Below are positions 27,816 to 36,519 of a stretch of 64,000 bases of DNA, piece by piece. The notes below the pieces were generated by a model. It was not told the DNA's origin and did not search any database. It saw only the letters and a program-made list of their open reading frames with translations. Every line of letters starts with the position of its first letter. Within the stretch, counting starts at the first letter, position 1. A program made the position numbers and the translations under genes. This DNA is from an uncultured Alphaproteobacteria bacterium (GTDB lineage: Bacteria; Pseudomonadota; Alphaproteobacteria; CAAGCB01; CAG-977): positions 7,022 to 71,021 of the forward strand of contig CAKQWA010000005.1 of assembly GCA_934277945.1 (NCBI GenBank). Reading direction: 5' to 3'.

Positions 27816-28432
27816 AATTCACCTTCCTTTGCCGCTATCCAGTTTCCGTCCGCCATTGTCGTCGCCGGACGTTCCAGCGCGTTGGAGTGAAGCGCGTCCG
27901 CCATAATTTCACGCAAGCGGCGGCGCACCATATCTTCCAAACTGGCGGAATCGGTCAGCCGCTTGCACAAAGCCAGCGCCATTTCACACGCCAAAGCCTC
28001 GATAAACAGCGGATCGTATGTTTTGACGTCGCGGTTTCTGTACGCGTAGACCAGTTTCAGCGGCGCGGAAAAATTCGTGTAAAGTCGCGTGCCTCGCACG
28101 ACCCACGGATTAACGTAGCCGTATTGCCCGCTTGTGCCGCTGTACGCGATGTAATCGTCGCCGACGCGGATAACGCGCAAACAGTCAGCCGGTAGAGCGA
28201 ACTCGTTTTTGAGCCGCGCCGTTTCGTCAACGCCCGTCAGCGCGACCGTCGCTTCTTTTTGACAGCAGAGCCAATTTTTTGAACGGATAAGGCAATCGCG
28301 CACCAAATCGAACGTGCTGCTCATTTCTTTTGCGGCGTTGCTTCCGTCGTCCAGCGACACAATGCGTTTGTCGCCCAGAATTTGCAGGGCGCGGTTCACG
28401 ATTTCGACGTCGCTTTGCAGGGTGTACGGCAT
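27797..28432 (-). CDS. tail tubular protein A-like (adaptor)
   Basis: 211 aa. MPYTLQSDVEIVNRALQILG-type N-terminus. Occupies the T7 gp11 position. Confidence 0.55.
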   Translation of the reverse strand: MPYTLQSDVEIVNRALQILGDKRIVSLDDGSNAAKEMSSTFDLVRDCLIRSKNWLCCQKEATVALTGVDETARLKNEFALPADCLRVIRVGDDYIAYSGTSGQYGYVNPWVVRGTRLYTNFSAPLKLVYAYRNRDVKTYDPLFIEALACEMALALCKRLTDSASLEDMVRRRLREIMADALHSNALERPATTMADGNWIAAKEGELWTDVV

Positions 28433-28486
28433 TTTGTTTCGTCCTTGTTTTGTAAATGAAACAGGCGGGAAAATCCCGCCTGTCCG

Positions 28487-28885
28487 TCAGTTTTTCGCCG
28501 CTTCAATCGCCGCGGTCAGCGTTTCTTTTTTCATGTTGGCAAAGCCTTTGATTTTCAAAAGCCGCGCCTGTTCGCGCAACATGGCGATTTCGCTGTCTTC
28601 AACCACCGCTTTTTCTTCGGCGTCTTCCGCCGCGTCTTCTTGTGCCGCCTGTTCGGACTGTGCTGTTTCCGGCGGCTTGGCTTCTTCAATCGTGATTGCC
28701 TCTTCAACGGGATCGGGTTCGTCCTTCGCGGGCAGCGTGCCGCAGTTGCGGCGCAAATCCGTGTCGCATTCAAAACACGGATTTTCCCGCGCTTGTTCGT
28801 AGCCGACCTCTTCGCCGGCGCGGACAAACACGATTTGCCCGCCGACAAACAGCGTCGTGTTTGTTTTTGCTTTGAATACTGCCAT
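28487..28885 (-). CDS. hypothetical head-associated protein with acidic linker and C-terminal HeH/SAP-like helix pair
   Basis: 132 aa. Acidic PEEAITIEEAKPPETAQSEQAAQEDAAEDAEE, then LLKIKGFANMKKETLTAAIEAAKN. Confidence 0.35.
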   Translation of the reverse strand: MAVFKAKTNTTLFVGGQIVFVRAGEEVGYEQARENPCFECDTDLRRNCGTLPAKDEPDPVEEAITIEEAKPPETAQSEQAAQEDAAEDAEEKAVVEDSEIAMLREQARLLKIKGFANMKKETLTAAIEAAKN

Positions 28886-28894
28886 GTCAGCCTC

Positions 28895-29317
28895 TCACAG
28901 TTCGGGAACAACCAAAAACTTGCCCGCGTTTGCCGCCGCAGTCATGTCGGTCGTCGGCGTTACTTTCGCAAACGGTTTGACATCGCGGGGAAACGCCAGT
29001 TCAACAATGACGGCGCCCTCGGCAAACGATTCCGCCGCCGAACTGCCCGCCGTGTAACTGTTGGACACGCAGGATTCGAAAGTGCCGTCGACCGTGTCGG
29101 AAACCGTTGCGGTCAGCGTCACCTTTTTACCCGCTTCCAGCGTAAAGCCGCCTTTGCCGGCGACCATCTGGGAAACAACGCGCCCGTCGCAGCCGCCGAC
29201 CTTGACAACCTTGACGGCGTTTTCGGCTGAACCGGACGAACCGAAGCCACCTTCTTCAACGAAGTTTTCACCTTCAACGCCCTTTTTGACCAAGAAAGAG
29301 GAATTTGTTTTCGTCAT
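28895..29317 (-). CDS. hypothetical capsid-associated protein (possible decoration protein)
   Basis: Start taken at ATG 29317 (MTKTNSS) with AGGAG 8 nt upstream. Immediately downstream of the capsid gene terminator. Confidence 0.4.
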   Translation of the reverse strand: MTKTNSSFLVKKGVEGENFVEEGGFGSSGSAENAVKVVKVGGCDGRVVSQMVAGKGGFTLEAGKKVTLTATVSDTVDGTFESCVSNSYTAGSSAAESFAEGAVIVELAFPRDVKPFAKVTPTTDMTAAANAGKFLVVPEL

Positions 29318-29340
29318 GTTTTTCACTCCTGTTTGTTTTA

Positions 29341-29370
29341 AAATGAAAAGCGGCGGGATTTGCCCGCCGC
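29341..29370 (-). terminator. intrinsic terminator after the capsid gene
   Basis: Minus strand reads GCGGCGGG-caaat-CCCGCCGC followed by TTTTCATTT. It begins 7 nt after the capsid stop. Confidence 0.65.
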
Positions 29371-29376
29371 CGTTTG

Positions 29377-30372
29377 TCAGAAACCGCTGACGACGGCTTC
29401 CGTGCCGCCCGCCATCTGCTTCGTCGAGATGATGGGAATGTTCTCAATGCGGTCGAAACCGGTAATCAGGTTGCGGTCGCCTGTTCCCAGCTGAACTTTA
29501 TCCCATTTTTCGCCAAAGATTTTGGCTTTCAGAACGGGGTGCATGACAATCTGGGTGTCGCTCGCGTCGGCGTCGACGATTGCCAGCAGTTCCAGAATGT
29601 CGGACAGCTTCACCATTGCGCCGGTCGTTGACGGGTCGATGTTGAAAATCGCGCCGACCTGATCGGGACGCGCCACCTGATAGCCGATAATGCCGTCCCA
29701 CGTCGCCGCGTAGCCGATACGACCGTTCTTTTCGGGGTCGCTGGATACCAGTTTGTGCCGCTGACCGCCGTTTTCCCATTCCATATATAGCACTTCGTCG
29801 TTGTTTTTGCCCGAAGGACTGACTAGTCCGCAGTTTTCTTCCTTGTTCTGTTTCACGATCAGAATGGAATAATTCTGCCCGCTTGTCGTTCCGCCGGCGT
29901 TGCGGCACGTCTTTTCAACGCCTGTCTTGCCGGCGCTGTACGCGATGGCGCGCTGCTGCAAAACGTTGTAGATCAAATGACGTTCCAGCGATTCGCCCGC
30001 CGCTGCCAGAACGGTCGGCGTGATTTTAGAAAACCATTCTTCCGTCGCTTTTTTCGCGTCGTTCGTTTTGCCCGCCGCGTAATCCAGCGCGATGTCTTCG
30101 GTCAGCGACATTTCGCCGCCCAGTTTGCCCAGACGTTCCGTTTTCAGCTCGAAATGCCCGTCCATCTGCGCGTACAAACCGTTGTCGGCGCGGAAATCCG
30201 CTCCTTTAAATCCGGTCAGCTGGATATAATTGTTCTTTTTGCCGTGCGTGGACGTGATGAACGGCACGGTATCCAAGAACGGCGCTTTTTTAATCAGATT
30301 GTTGATCAGCAAGCCCTGCGTTTTTTCATAGCCCAACGCTTCCTGCTGCAACGTGTTTTTAAACCAACTCAT
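29377..30372 (-). CDS. major capsid protein
   Basis: 331 aa between the scaffold gene and a strong terminator. Position and size fit T7 gp10/HK97-fold capsids. Confidence 0.7.
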   Translation of the reverse strand: MSWFKNTLQQEALGYEKTQGLLINNLIKKAPFLDTVPFITSTHGKKNNYIQLTGFKGADFRADNGLYAQMDGHFELKTERLGKLGGEMSLTEDIALDYAAGKTNDAKKATEEWFSKITPTVLAAAGESLERHLIYNVLQQRAIAYSAGKTGVEKTCRNAGGTTSGQNYSILIVKQNKEENCGLVSPSGKNNDEVLYMEWENGGQRHKLVSSDPEKNGRIGYAATWDGIIGYQVARPDQVGAIFNIDPSTTGAMVKLSDILELLAIVDADASDTQIVMHPVLKAKIFGEKWDKVQLGTGDRNLITGFDRIENIPIISTKQMAGGTEAVVSGF

Positions 30373-30385
30373 TTTGTCACCTCAT

Positions 30386-30405
30386 GAAAAAGGGGCTTTC
30401 GCCCC
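30386..30405 (-). terminator. short GC hairpin plus T5 between the scaffold and capsid genes
   Basis: Minus strand reads GGGGC-GAAA-GCCCC-TTTTT, ending about 6 nt before the capsid RBS GAGGTG. Confidence 0.4.
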
Positions 30406-30421
30406 GTTAAAACAATTTCCG

Positions 30422-31126
30422 TCAACTCCGGCTTTGAATGTAACCCAGAATCGTCGGTTCGCCCGAACCGCCGCTGTTAGAGCCGATTCCCGGTGTTCCG
30501 GCGGTTCTTCCCGCGGTCATGAACAGCGATAAAGCCGCCTGCGTGCCGATGACGGACGCGACTTGTTCGACGGCGGTTTCGTTCAGTTTGCACAATTCGC
30601 ACCCGCGCCGGATAAGTTCCTCGTTTTTGCTTCTGTCTCCGCCCCATTTTTCCGCAAACGCTTCGCGTTCGGTTTTGAACGTCTCGGCTTCCTTTGCGTC
30701 TTCGGCGGCGACGGCTTTTGTGACGGTATCGACAAACAGTTTTGCCTGATACGGCGATGCTTTAAAAGCCTTTGCCGTTTCAATCAAACTTTTCGTCTGT
30801 TCGTCTTCCGCCTTGATTCCGTAATCCTGCGGTACGAATTTGTCGTGAAAAGCCGCCCATGCTTCGGGATTGTTGTCCTTCGGCGGATTGACGCTTGCGC
30901 CCAGCCTTTTTTCAAGTTCGCTGTACATATCAATCAGTTTGCCCGCGTCTTTCAATCCTTTGTCACGGATAACTTTTCTTTGCGCTTCGGAATAACTCGA
31001 CAGGCTCGCACCGCCGAATGTTTCTTCCGCATTGTCGCCTTTACTGTCCGTTGTGCCTTCCGGCGCGGTCGTTTGGGCGTTCACGTTGTCCGAAGTGTTT
31101 TCGGGCGTGGAATTTTCTTCATTCAT
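30422..31126 (-). CDS. scaffolding protein
   Basis: Start taken at MNEENSTPE. Acidic, helical, low-complexity N-terminus. Lies between the portal and capsid genes. Confidence 0.6.
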   Translation of the reverse strand: MNEENSTPENTSDNVNAQTTAPEGTTDSKGDNAEETFGGASLSSYSEAQRKVIRDKGLKDAGKLIDMYSELEKRLGASVNPPKDNNPEAWAAFHDKFVPQDYGIKAEDEQTKSLIETAKAFKASPYQAKLFVDTVTKAVAAEDAKEAETFKTEREAFAEKWGGDRSKNEELIRRGCELCKLNETAVEQVASVIGTQAALSLFMTAGRTAGTPGIGSNSGGSGEPTILGYIQSRS

Positions 31127-31385
31127 CGTTATTCTCCTTGATGTCTCGTTTTTTTGCGATGTAGGACGGGTTTTCAAATGCAAATTCCCGTATTCTCGCG
31201 GCGACTTGCTGACGACCGACCAAAACCGACTGTTTCAGCGGGTCGATTGCGCCGCTGATGTTCAGCGTGTTGCGGGTCAAAGTGCAAAAGGCTTCAATGT
31301 CTCTCAAAACGACGCGTCCGGACGGCGTTTTGAACACTTCCGCGTATGCGGCGCACAAATCGGCAATTTCGTCTTGCTGCGTCAT
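31119..31385 (-). CDS. hypothetical protein between portal and scaffold genes
   Basis: 88 aa, with its start abutting the portal stop and its stop overlapping the scaffold start. Confidence 0.4.
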   Translation of the reverse strand: MTQQDEIADLCAAYAEVFKTPSGRVVLRDIEAFCTLTRNTLNISGAIDPLKQSVLVGRQQVAARIREFAFENPSYIAKKRDIKENNDE

Positions 31386-33082
31386 TAAAACCGTCCCTGC
31401 ATCAATCTGTCGCTGGACGTCAGCGCGTCGTCGCCGACACCGGCTTGATAGCCGCTTTGCGCCCGCGCTTGTTCCAGTGCCGCTTCCTGTTCTTCTTCAA
31501 GGGCTGTTTTGAACTCTTCGTCCGTGCGGATAAAATCTTGACTGACGCCGTTTGCCGTCGCCACCTGTTGAATTGCGTCACGCCATTTGATGACGTTTTT
31601 TGCTTGCGGATAAAAAGCGGCAATCGTGTTGACGGCTTGCGCAGTTTCCATAATTCCCGCAGCTTTTTGTCGTTCCAAAGCCTTTTTAGCCCCGCCTTCG
31701 TACTGAATGGAAAAAAACAAGTCTCCGCGTTCAATCAATTCGGCGATTTCGTCGGGAATTGTTTCGGGGAATTTTCCTTGCCGGTACAAAATATCCAGTT
31801 CCCTTTCAACCATCGGATACAGCAGCTCATCTTCCATCGGGCAGGAATAAATCGACATCAGCATATTGCGTTCCGTTGATAACTGTTCGACTTCCGTCGC
31901 CGTCATGTCGTTTTTTTGGTAGTACATCATAAAAACGGGCTTCAAATAGTATTCTTCGATTTCCGCCTGTATCTTGTCTTCCAATTCAAAGCCGACGTTG
32001 ATGTTGCCGACGACGTCCAAAGCTTGAATAGCCGCTTTGCCGTCGGACGTAACGCCGCCGCTGATAATCGCGCCTGCGCGGGGCATTGAGCTGTCCAAAT
32101 CCCCGTCGTCCATTGCCAGCAAGGGCGGGTCGCTCGCTTTTTCCGCGCCGCTGATGCCGCTTTTGCGCATACGGTTCAACAAATTCAAATCCGTCAAGGC
32201 GTCAATCGTCGGCGATGTCGTGTCGTCGCTGTCTTCCTGTTCCTGATAACGCGGACAAACATACGGACAGGACGACAAACCGTTTTGCAAAATGATTTTA
32301 AACGGGTCGGTTCCTTCCGCGTCTCTGATGACGTACATCTGCCAAAAACGGTATTTCAGCGCGACGCGTCCGTCCGCCGTGACAACGGAACAGGCGCGGC
32401 TTTCGTCTTCGGACAACTTGAAAACAACGTGGGTCAGTTCAACGGCAACGGCGGGATTCCTCTTTCCGTTTTCGCATACGGCTTTGGGCAGAACGTCCGA
32501 CGGCACGCCGTTTGAACGCAGAAAGTCCGCCAATTCGTCAAACGGCATTTTGATTATCCGCCACGCCTTGGAAACGCGGCGGCGGCGGTCAAGGCGATAC
32601 AGAAACGATTTCGGAGAAACGGCTTCGTATCGCAATCCGTGCCCGATGTAATCGTCCACCATCACCGGACCAAGACCGACAATTCCGAAATTCTTGTAAA
32701 TGCGGAACATAGCCTTGTTGAAACCCGCGTCCATTTTATACCGTTCCTCGAACAGCGTCGCCGTCAATTTATCGTAAAACAGGCGGACTTCGGGCTTTTT
32801 GTTCATCTCTTCCGTCGGCGCGCCCAGCGTGTGCCATTTCTGCGTCTGCGGCGTGATTGTCCAGTGCAGCGCGGAAACGAATTTTGGTAAACAACGTTTT
32901 GCCGCTGTTGAATACAACTTCGCTTTTACGAGTTCTTTCGGGTTGTAGTCCTTTGTGATAAAAGCGTTTGCGGGGTCTGCGAACTCGTAGGCTTTCTGCC
33001 AAACGTCCTTTAAAGCCGTCCTTTGCGCGCTCAACGTTCCGAACTCGCGCATTAACGCTTTCAGTTTGTCATCTCCGATCAT
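31385..33082 (-). CDS. portal (head-tail connector) protein
   Basis: 565 aa downstream of terL. Gene order and size match podovirus portals. Confidence 0.75.
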   Translation of the reverse strand: MIGDDKLKALMREFGTLSAQRTALKDVWQKAYEFADPANAFITKDYNPKELVKAKLYSTAAKRCLPKFVSALHWTITPQTQKWHTLGAPTEEMNKKPEVRLFYDKLTATLFEERYKMDAGFNKAMFRIYKNFGIVGLGPVMVDDYIGHGLRYEAVSPKSFLYRLDRRRRVSKAWRIIKMPFDELADFLRSNGVPSDVLPKAVCENGKRNPAVAVELTHVVFKLSEDESRACSVVTADGRVALKYRFWQMYVIRDAEGTDPFKIILQNGLSSCPYVCPRYQEQEDSDDTTSPTIDALTDLNLLNRMRKSGISGAEKASDPPLLAMDDGDLDSSMPRAGAIISGGVTSDGKAAIQALDVVGNINVGFELEDKIQAEIEEYYLKPVFMMYYQKNDMTATEVEQLSTERNMLMSIYSCPMEDELLYPMVERELDILYRQGKFPETIPDEIAELIERGDLFFSIQYEGGAKKALERQKAAGIMETAQAVNTIAAFYPQAKNVIKWRDAIQQVATANGVSQDFIRTDEEFKTALEEEQEAALEQARAQSGYQAGVGDDALTSSDRLMQGRF

Positions 33083-33085
33083 GCG

Positions 33086-33487
33086 TCAAGCCCCCATTTT
33101 CCCGCCGTTCCCCAGCGTGTTCGTTCTGTCTTCCCCGTCCGCCGCCGCGAATGTGGACGCTTTGGAACGCCGCTTCTTGCGCAGCGCCAAATTCGCCGCA
33201 TACGCTTCCAGTCCTGCAATTTGGTCGGAAACGGACGGCGGGGCGGGTTCTTTTTCCGGCGCGGATGCCGTAGTTACGCGGGCGGCGCCGTCTCTCATCA
33301 TTTCCACCGTTCCCGTCAACGGATTTTTGCCGCGAACGGCATCTGTCGCCGCTTTTGTCGCCAATACTCCCGTTGACAATTCCGCCGCGCCTTTAATGAC
33401 GTTGTACGCTTTATTGCCCAAAACTTTTTTTGTACCACTTGATACCGCTTTTTCGACCTTTTTGAATGTTTTCTTTATCCTGCCCAT
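33086..33487 (-). CDS. hypothetical basic protein between terL and portal genes
   Basis: 133 aa, Lys/Ala/Gly-rich. No motif recognised. Confidence 0.35.
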   Translation of the reverse strand: MGRIKKTFKKVEKAVSSGTKKVLGNKAYNVIKGAAELSTGVLATKAATDAVRGKNPLTGTVEMMRDGAARVTTASAPEKEPAPPSVSDQIAGLEAYAANLALRKKRRSKASTFAAADGEDRTNTLGNGGKMGA

Positions 33488-33490
33488 TTT

Positions 33491-34972
33491 TTAATCCTCG
33501 TTGTAAAACCGTGTTGTCGGCGCTTTTCTTTTCGGGAAATGACACCGTTCGTCTATGCATCGCGCCATGCAGTCCAGCATATCGTCGTGCGCCGTCGCGG
33601 GATATTGCTTGAACTCTTCGTTGACGAACTGCCTTATCAAATCCGCCCGTTTGCCGTCGCTCAACGTCTTGTAAAGCGTTTTTGGCAATATCAGGCGGTG
33701 TTCTTCAAAGGGGCTTTGAAGTTTTTGAATACGGTTTTTCTTCGGCTCGCTTCCGCCGACTTCGGTAATCCGAAAACGGTAGGCAAGCCGCTCTTGTTCC
33801 AGTTTGATATGCTCGACGTCCGCTTGAAGCCCGTAGCGTTCATAGAATACGTTTTGCGGGGCGTATTGCTGCACAAAATCAAACAGTCTGCGTGTTCGTT
33901 CGGCAAGGCTCAAACGGTCGCGAACGCCGTCCAACACATAAATGCACCCGTCGCGGCAAAATCCGATGACCCAGATAACCGTGTAATCGCTTTTTTTGCC
34001 TTTCGATCCGGCGGGGTCTACAAAAATGTAGCGGTTCATCTGCCGCCAATCCGTCTCATCATAGAACGACAGCCAGTCCGTCGTGAACATCTGCCCGCTT
34101 TGCACGGACGGATCAAGCATCATCTGCGTTGAAAACACGTCGCGTCCCAAGTCTCTGTATATGTCTTGAAGCCGCTGCGCCGTCATCATCACGCCGGTTG
34201 AAAAATCCCCGATAACTTTCATTGCGCGGTGTATGCGCGGAACGACCAGCCCGTCGCCGATTAAACGCGTGTAAGGGTCGTTTGCCGCGTAAAACGTCCC
34301 CGCCATGCTTTTCAACGTTCTTTCATTGCCCAAGTTCAAACTCATGCGGTAGCCGTAATCGCATTTTTCAATCTGTTCCGGCGTGTTCACGCTTTCCAGC
34401 GTCACAAGGTCGTCGTATTTTAAGCGGTCGAAATGCTTTGACGTCGGCTGTCCGTCTACCACGCCCCACGCTTCAATCGACGCTTCTTTCGGATTTCCCT
34501 TTCGCTTGACGACAATGCCTTCGTCCTTGCTCCACAGGCGGCTTTCGCGTTCGGGGTCGTCAAAAAATGCTTCGGGAAACAGTCCGCACAGTTTTTTGTT
34601 CGTTTCAAGTTCCGTTTTTATCTGCCGAAGAAACGAACGGGCGATTGTCTTTGTGTGAGAAAAAATGCAAACCGTCAATTCGGGATTGCGCGCCAATTCC
34701 TGCAACGTGTAAGCAAACGTGATAATGGTTGACTTATAGTGAAAACGCGCCCACAAATCCAAATATCCGTATGGATTTTGCTCGTACTCCCGACATCTGT
34801 CCAAAACAAACTGCCTGTTTGCGTCCTTTCTGTTTAGCACATACACGAGAAAAAAGAACAAATCGGTCGCCGCCAAATCGCGGATCGCGTCATACTGTTT
34901 CGTCTTGTTTGAAATCTCCTTCAAAAAGACCAACAGTTGCTGATATTCGGCTATCGTCCTTAATCCCGACAT
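33491..34972 (-). CDS. terL: terminase large subunit
   Basis: 493 aa. WARFHYKST P-loop-like motif and the nuclease-half motif YIFVDPAGSKGKKSDYTVIWVIG. Confidence 0.85.
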   Translation of the reverse strand: MSGLRTIAEYQQLLVFLKEISNKTKQYDAIRDLAATDLFFFLVYVLNRKDANRQFVLDRCREYEQNPYGYLDLWARFHYKSTIITFAYTLQELARNPELTVCIFSHTKTIARSFLRQIKTELETNKKLCGLFPEAFFDDPERESRLWSKDEGIVVKRKGNPKEASIEAWGVVDGQPTSKHFDRLKYDDLVTLESVNTPEQIEKCDYGYRMSLNLGNERTLKSMAGTFYAANDPYTRLIGDGLVVPRIHRAMKVIGDFSTGVMMTAQRLQDIYRDLGRDVFSTQMMLDPSVQSGQMFTTDWLSFYDETDWRQMNRYIFVDPAGSKGKKSDYTVIWVIGFCRDGCIYVLDGVRDRLSLAERTRRLFDFVQQYAPQNVFYERYGLQADVEHIKLEQERLAYRFRITEVGGSEPKKNRIQKLQSPFEEHRLILPKTLYKTLSDGKRADLIRQFVNEEFKQYPATAHDDMLDCMARCIDERCHFPKRKAPTTRFYNED

Positions 34973-35348
34973 TGACCTGTTCCCCGTAATGTTTCGGGTT
35001 CATCTTACCCAAAAGCCACTTGCGATTGTCGCATTTCAAACGCGAACGGGCGACGGCGGCGGCATTGCTTTTCCCGTCGGGCAGAACATCGTTGAAATCG
35101 TTGTCGCCCTCTTCGATAATCTGGTCTTCAAGCACCAATGCCCGAATTTTTTGCGCTTCTTCGTATTCGTCCCGATATTCTTTGCGTATCCATTTGATAA
35201 CGGTCGGCGGGTTCAAATCTTCGGCGCGGCACGCGGCGCAAAACGACTGTCCGTTTTCCATCGCGTTTAAAATTCTGTCTTTCAGTTCAACCGTTCGCCA
35301 ATCCGTCTTTCTCGCGCGCGCCCGCGTAGTCTTTCCGTCTTTCCCCAT
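34890..35348 (-). CDS. terS: terminase small subunit candidate
   Basis: 152 aa. N-terminal HTH-like region (GQSFCAACRAEDLNPPTVIKWIRK) and KCDNRKWLLGKMNPKHYG. Directly upstream of terL with an 83-nt overlap. Confidence 0.6.
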   Translation of the reverse strand: MGKDGKTTRARARKTDWRTVELKDRILNAMENGQSFCAACRAEDLNPPTVIKWIRKEYRDEYEEAQKIRALVLEDQIIEEGDNDFNDVLPDGKSNAAAVARSRLKCDNRKWLLGKMNPKHYGEQVNVGIKDDSRISATVGLFEGDFKQDETV

Positions 35349-35362
35349 AGTGTCGTTCCCGT

Positions 35363-35393
35363 AAAAGAAAAGGCGGTCTTTTTATCGACCGCC
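35363..35393 (-). terminator. intrinsic terminator just upstream of terS
   Basis: Minus strand reads GGCGGTC-gataaaaa-GACCGCC followed by TTTTCTTTT. It ends about 15 nt before the terS ATG at 35348. Confidence 0.6.
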
Positions 35394-35482
35394 CGTCACC
35401 AAATTCAAAGGATACGATGTCATTTGCCGCTGCACACACAAAACACATCATACAAAAAATATACCTCTAAAATCGGAAAAAT

Positions 35483-35545
35483 GCACAATGCTATTTTGCA
35501 CAATTAAGCACTTTTTTGCACAAATAAGCACAATTAAGCACAATT
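35483..35545 (-). repeat. array of six (T)TGTGC repeats, five of them in 10-bp register
   Basis: On the plus strand GCACAA/GCAC starts at 35483, 35498, 35508, 35518, 35528 and 35538. Minus-strand units read ttaaTTGTGC. The array spans the 3' end of 35534-35965 and the intergenic region. Confidence 0.85.
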
Positions 35546-35965
35546 TAAGCGGCAAACGTATTCAAAAATCGCTTTCATCGCCGTGTTCCATCTGTTTTTT
35601 GCCGTGTTTCTGTGAATGTGAAATTCCGCCGCAACGCTCTTCCACGACCGGACGCCCGACCAATACCCCGCCGTTCCGGCGGGCGCACCGCAACGAAAAC
35701 AGATCAGCGTCTTGTCCTCGATGTCAACGGGCATATCGTGCCACCATTCCACACCCACTTCTTCCGCCAAAGCGATGTCGCGCCCTATAAAGCGTTCGCA
35801 TTCCTGTGTATCGTCTTCGTCCGTTTTGATAAAACGCCCCAGATAACAGGCGTAATCCTTCGGCGCGTCAAACGGCAGACGGCGATAAACACGGAAGGAA
35901 TGATAGACGCGCTCTTCCACGTCCTCAATCTTGCAGATGTCCTTTGTGTCCTTGACCTCTCTCAT
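35534..35965 (-). CDS. putative late-gene regulator (C-terminal HTH)
   Basis: Start taken at MREVKDT, overlapping the loader gene stop. C-terminal WKSVAAEFHIHRNTAKNRWNTAMKAIFEYV is HTH-like. It is the last early gene before the late operon. Confidence 0.4.
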   Translation of the reverse strand: MREVKDTKDICKIEDVEERVYHSFRVYRRLPFDAPKDYACYLGRFIKTDEDDTQECERFIGRDIALAEEVGVEWWHDMPVDIEDKTLICFRCGAPAGTAGYWSGVRSWKSVAAEFHIHRNTAKNRWNTAMKAIFEYVCRLNCA

Positions 35966-36519
35966 GCGTTCCCCCTTTGCCGGTAACTCGTCCCCGATAA
36001 CTCGAAGAACTCCGCTCCGCCGGATATGCGGTCGTAAATTCTTTGCCCCAGCACGTTTTGAAGTTCGGCGGGCGTGTTGTTGGAAATGCAAATCATCGGC
36101 TTGCAGCGTTCGTATCTGGCGTTGACCAGTTCGTACAGTTCCGTGCGTTCATTGGCGGATAACCCCACTTCGTCCAAAATCAGCAACCCGACTTGCGTCA
36201 AGGCGTTGACGGGATTTTCGCAGTCCTTTTCTTTCCAAGACAGATGGATGTCGTCAATCAGCGTCTTTGCCGTTGTATAGGAGCAGCGGTCTTCGGAATA
36301 AAATTTCCTGCCTCGAAACAGGGATATTTCCGACAGGGCGTTTTTGACGGCAAATGCAAGGTGCGTTTTACCCGTGCCGACGCTTCCCAAAATGACGACG
36401 TTTCGCTTAAACCCGCAGGTAATTCCGCGACGCAACACGGCGACAAGGCGGCGTTGTTCGTCGGTTGTGCATTCGTAGTTGTCCAGCGACGCGTTTTCAA
36501 ATCTCGGTAAAACAATCAT
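35962..36519 (-). CDS. DnaC/IstB-like AAA+ helicase loader
   Basis: Walker A ILGSVGTGKTHLA and Walker B LLILDEVG. Start taken at MIVLPRF, overlapping the initiator stop. Confidence 0.8.
   Translation of the reverse strand: MIVLPRFENASLDNYECTTDEQRRLVAVLRRGITCGFKRNVVILGSVGTGKTHLAFAVKNALSEISLFRGRKFYSEDRCSYTTAKTLIDDIHLSWKEKDCENPVNALTQVGLLILDEVGLSANERTELYELVNARYERCKPMICISNNTPAELQNVLGQRIYDRISGGAEFFELSGTSYRQRGNA

Noticed and set aside
34890-34972. 83-nt overlap of terS and terL as a programmed frameshift site
   Set aside because: I saw no slippery heptamer or downstream structure. A simple overlap or a slightly different terL start is more likely.
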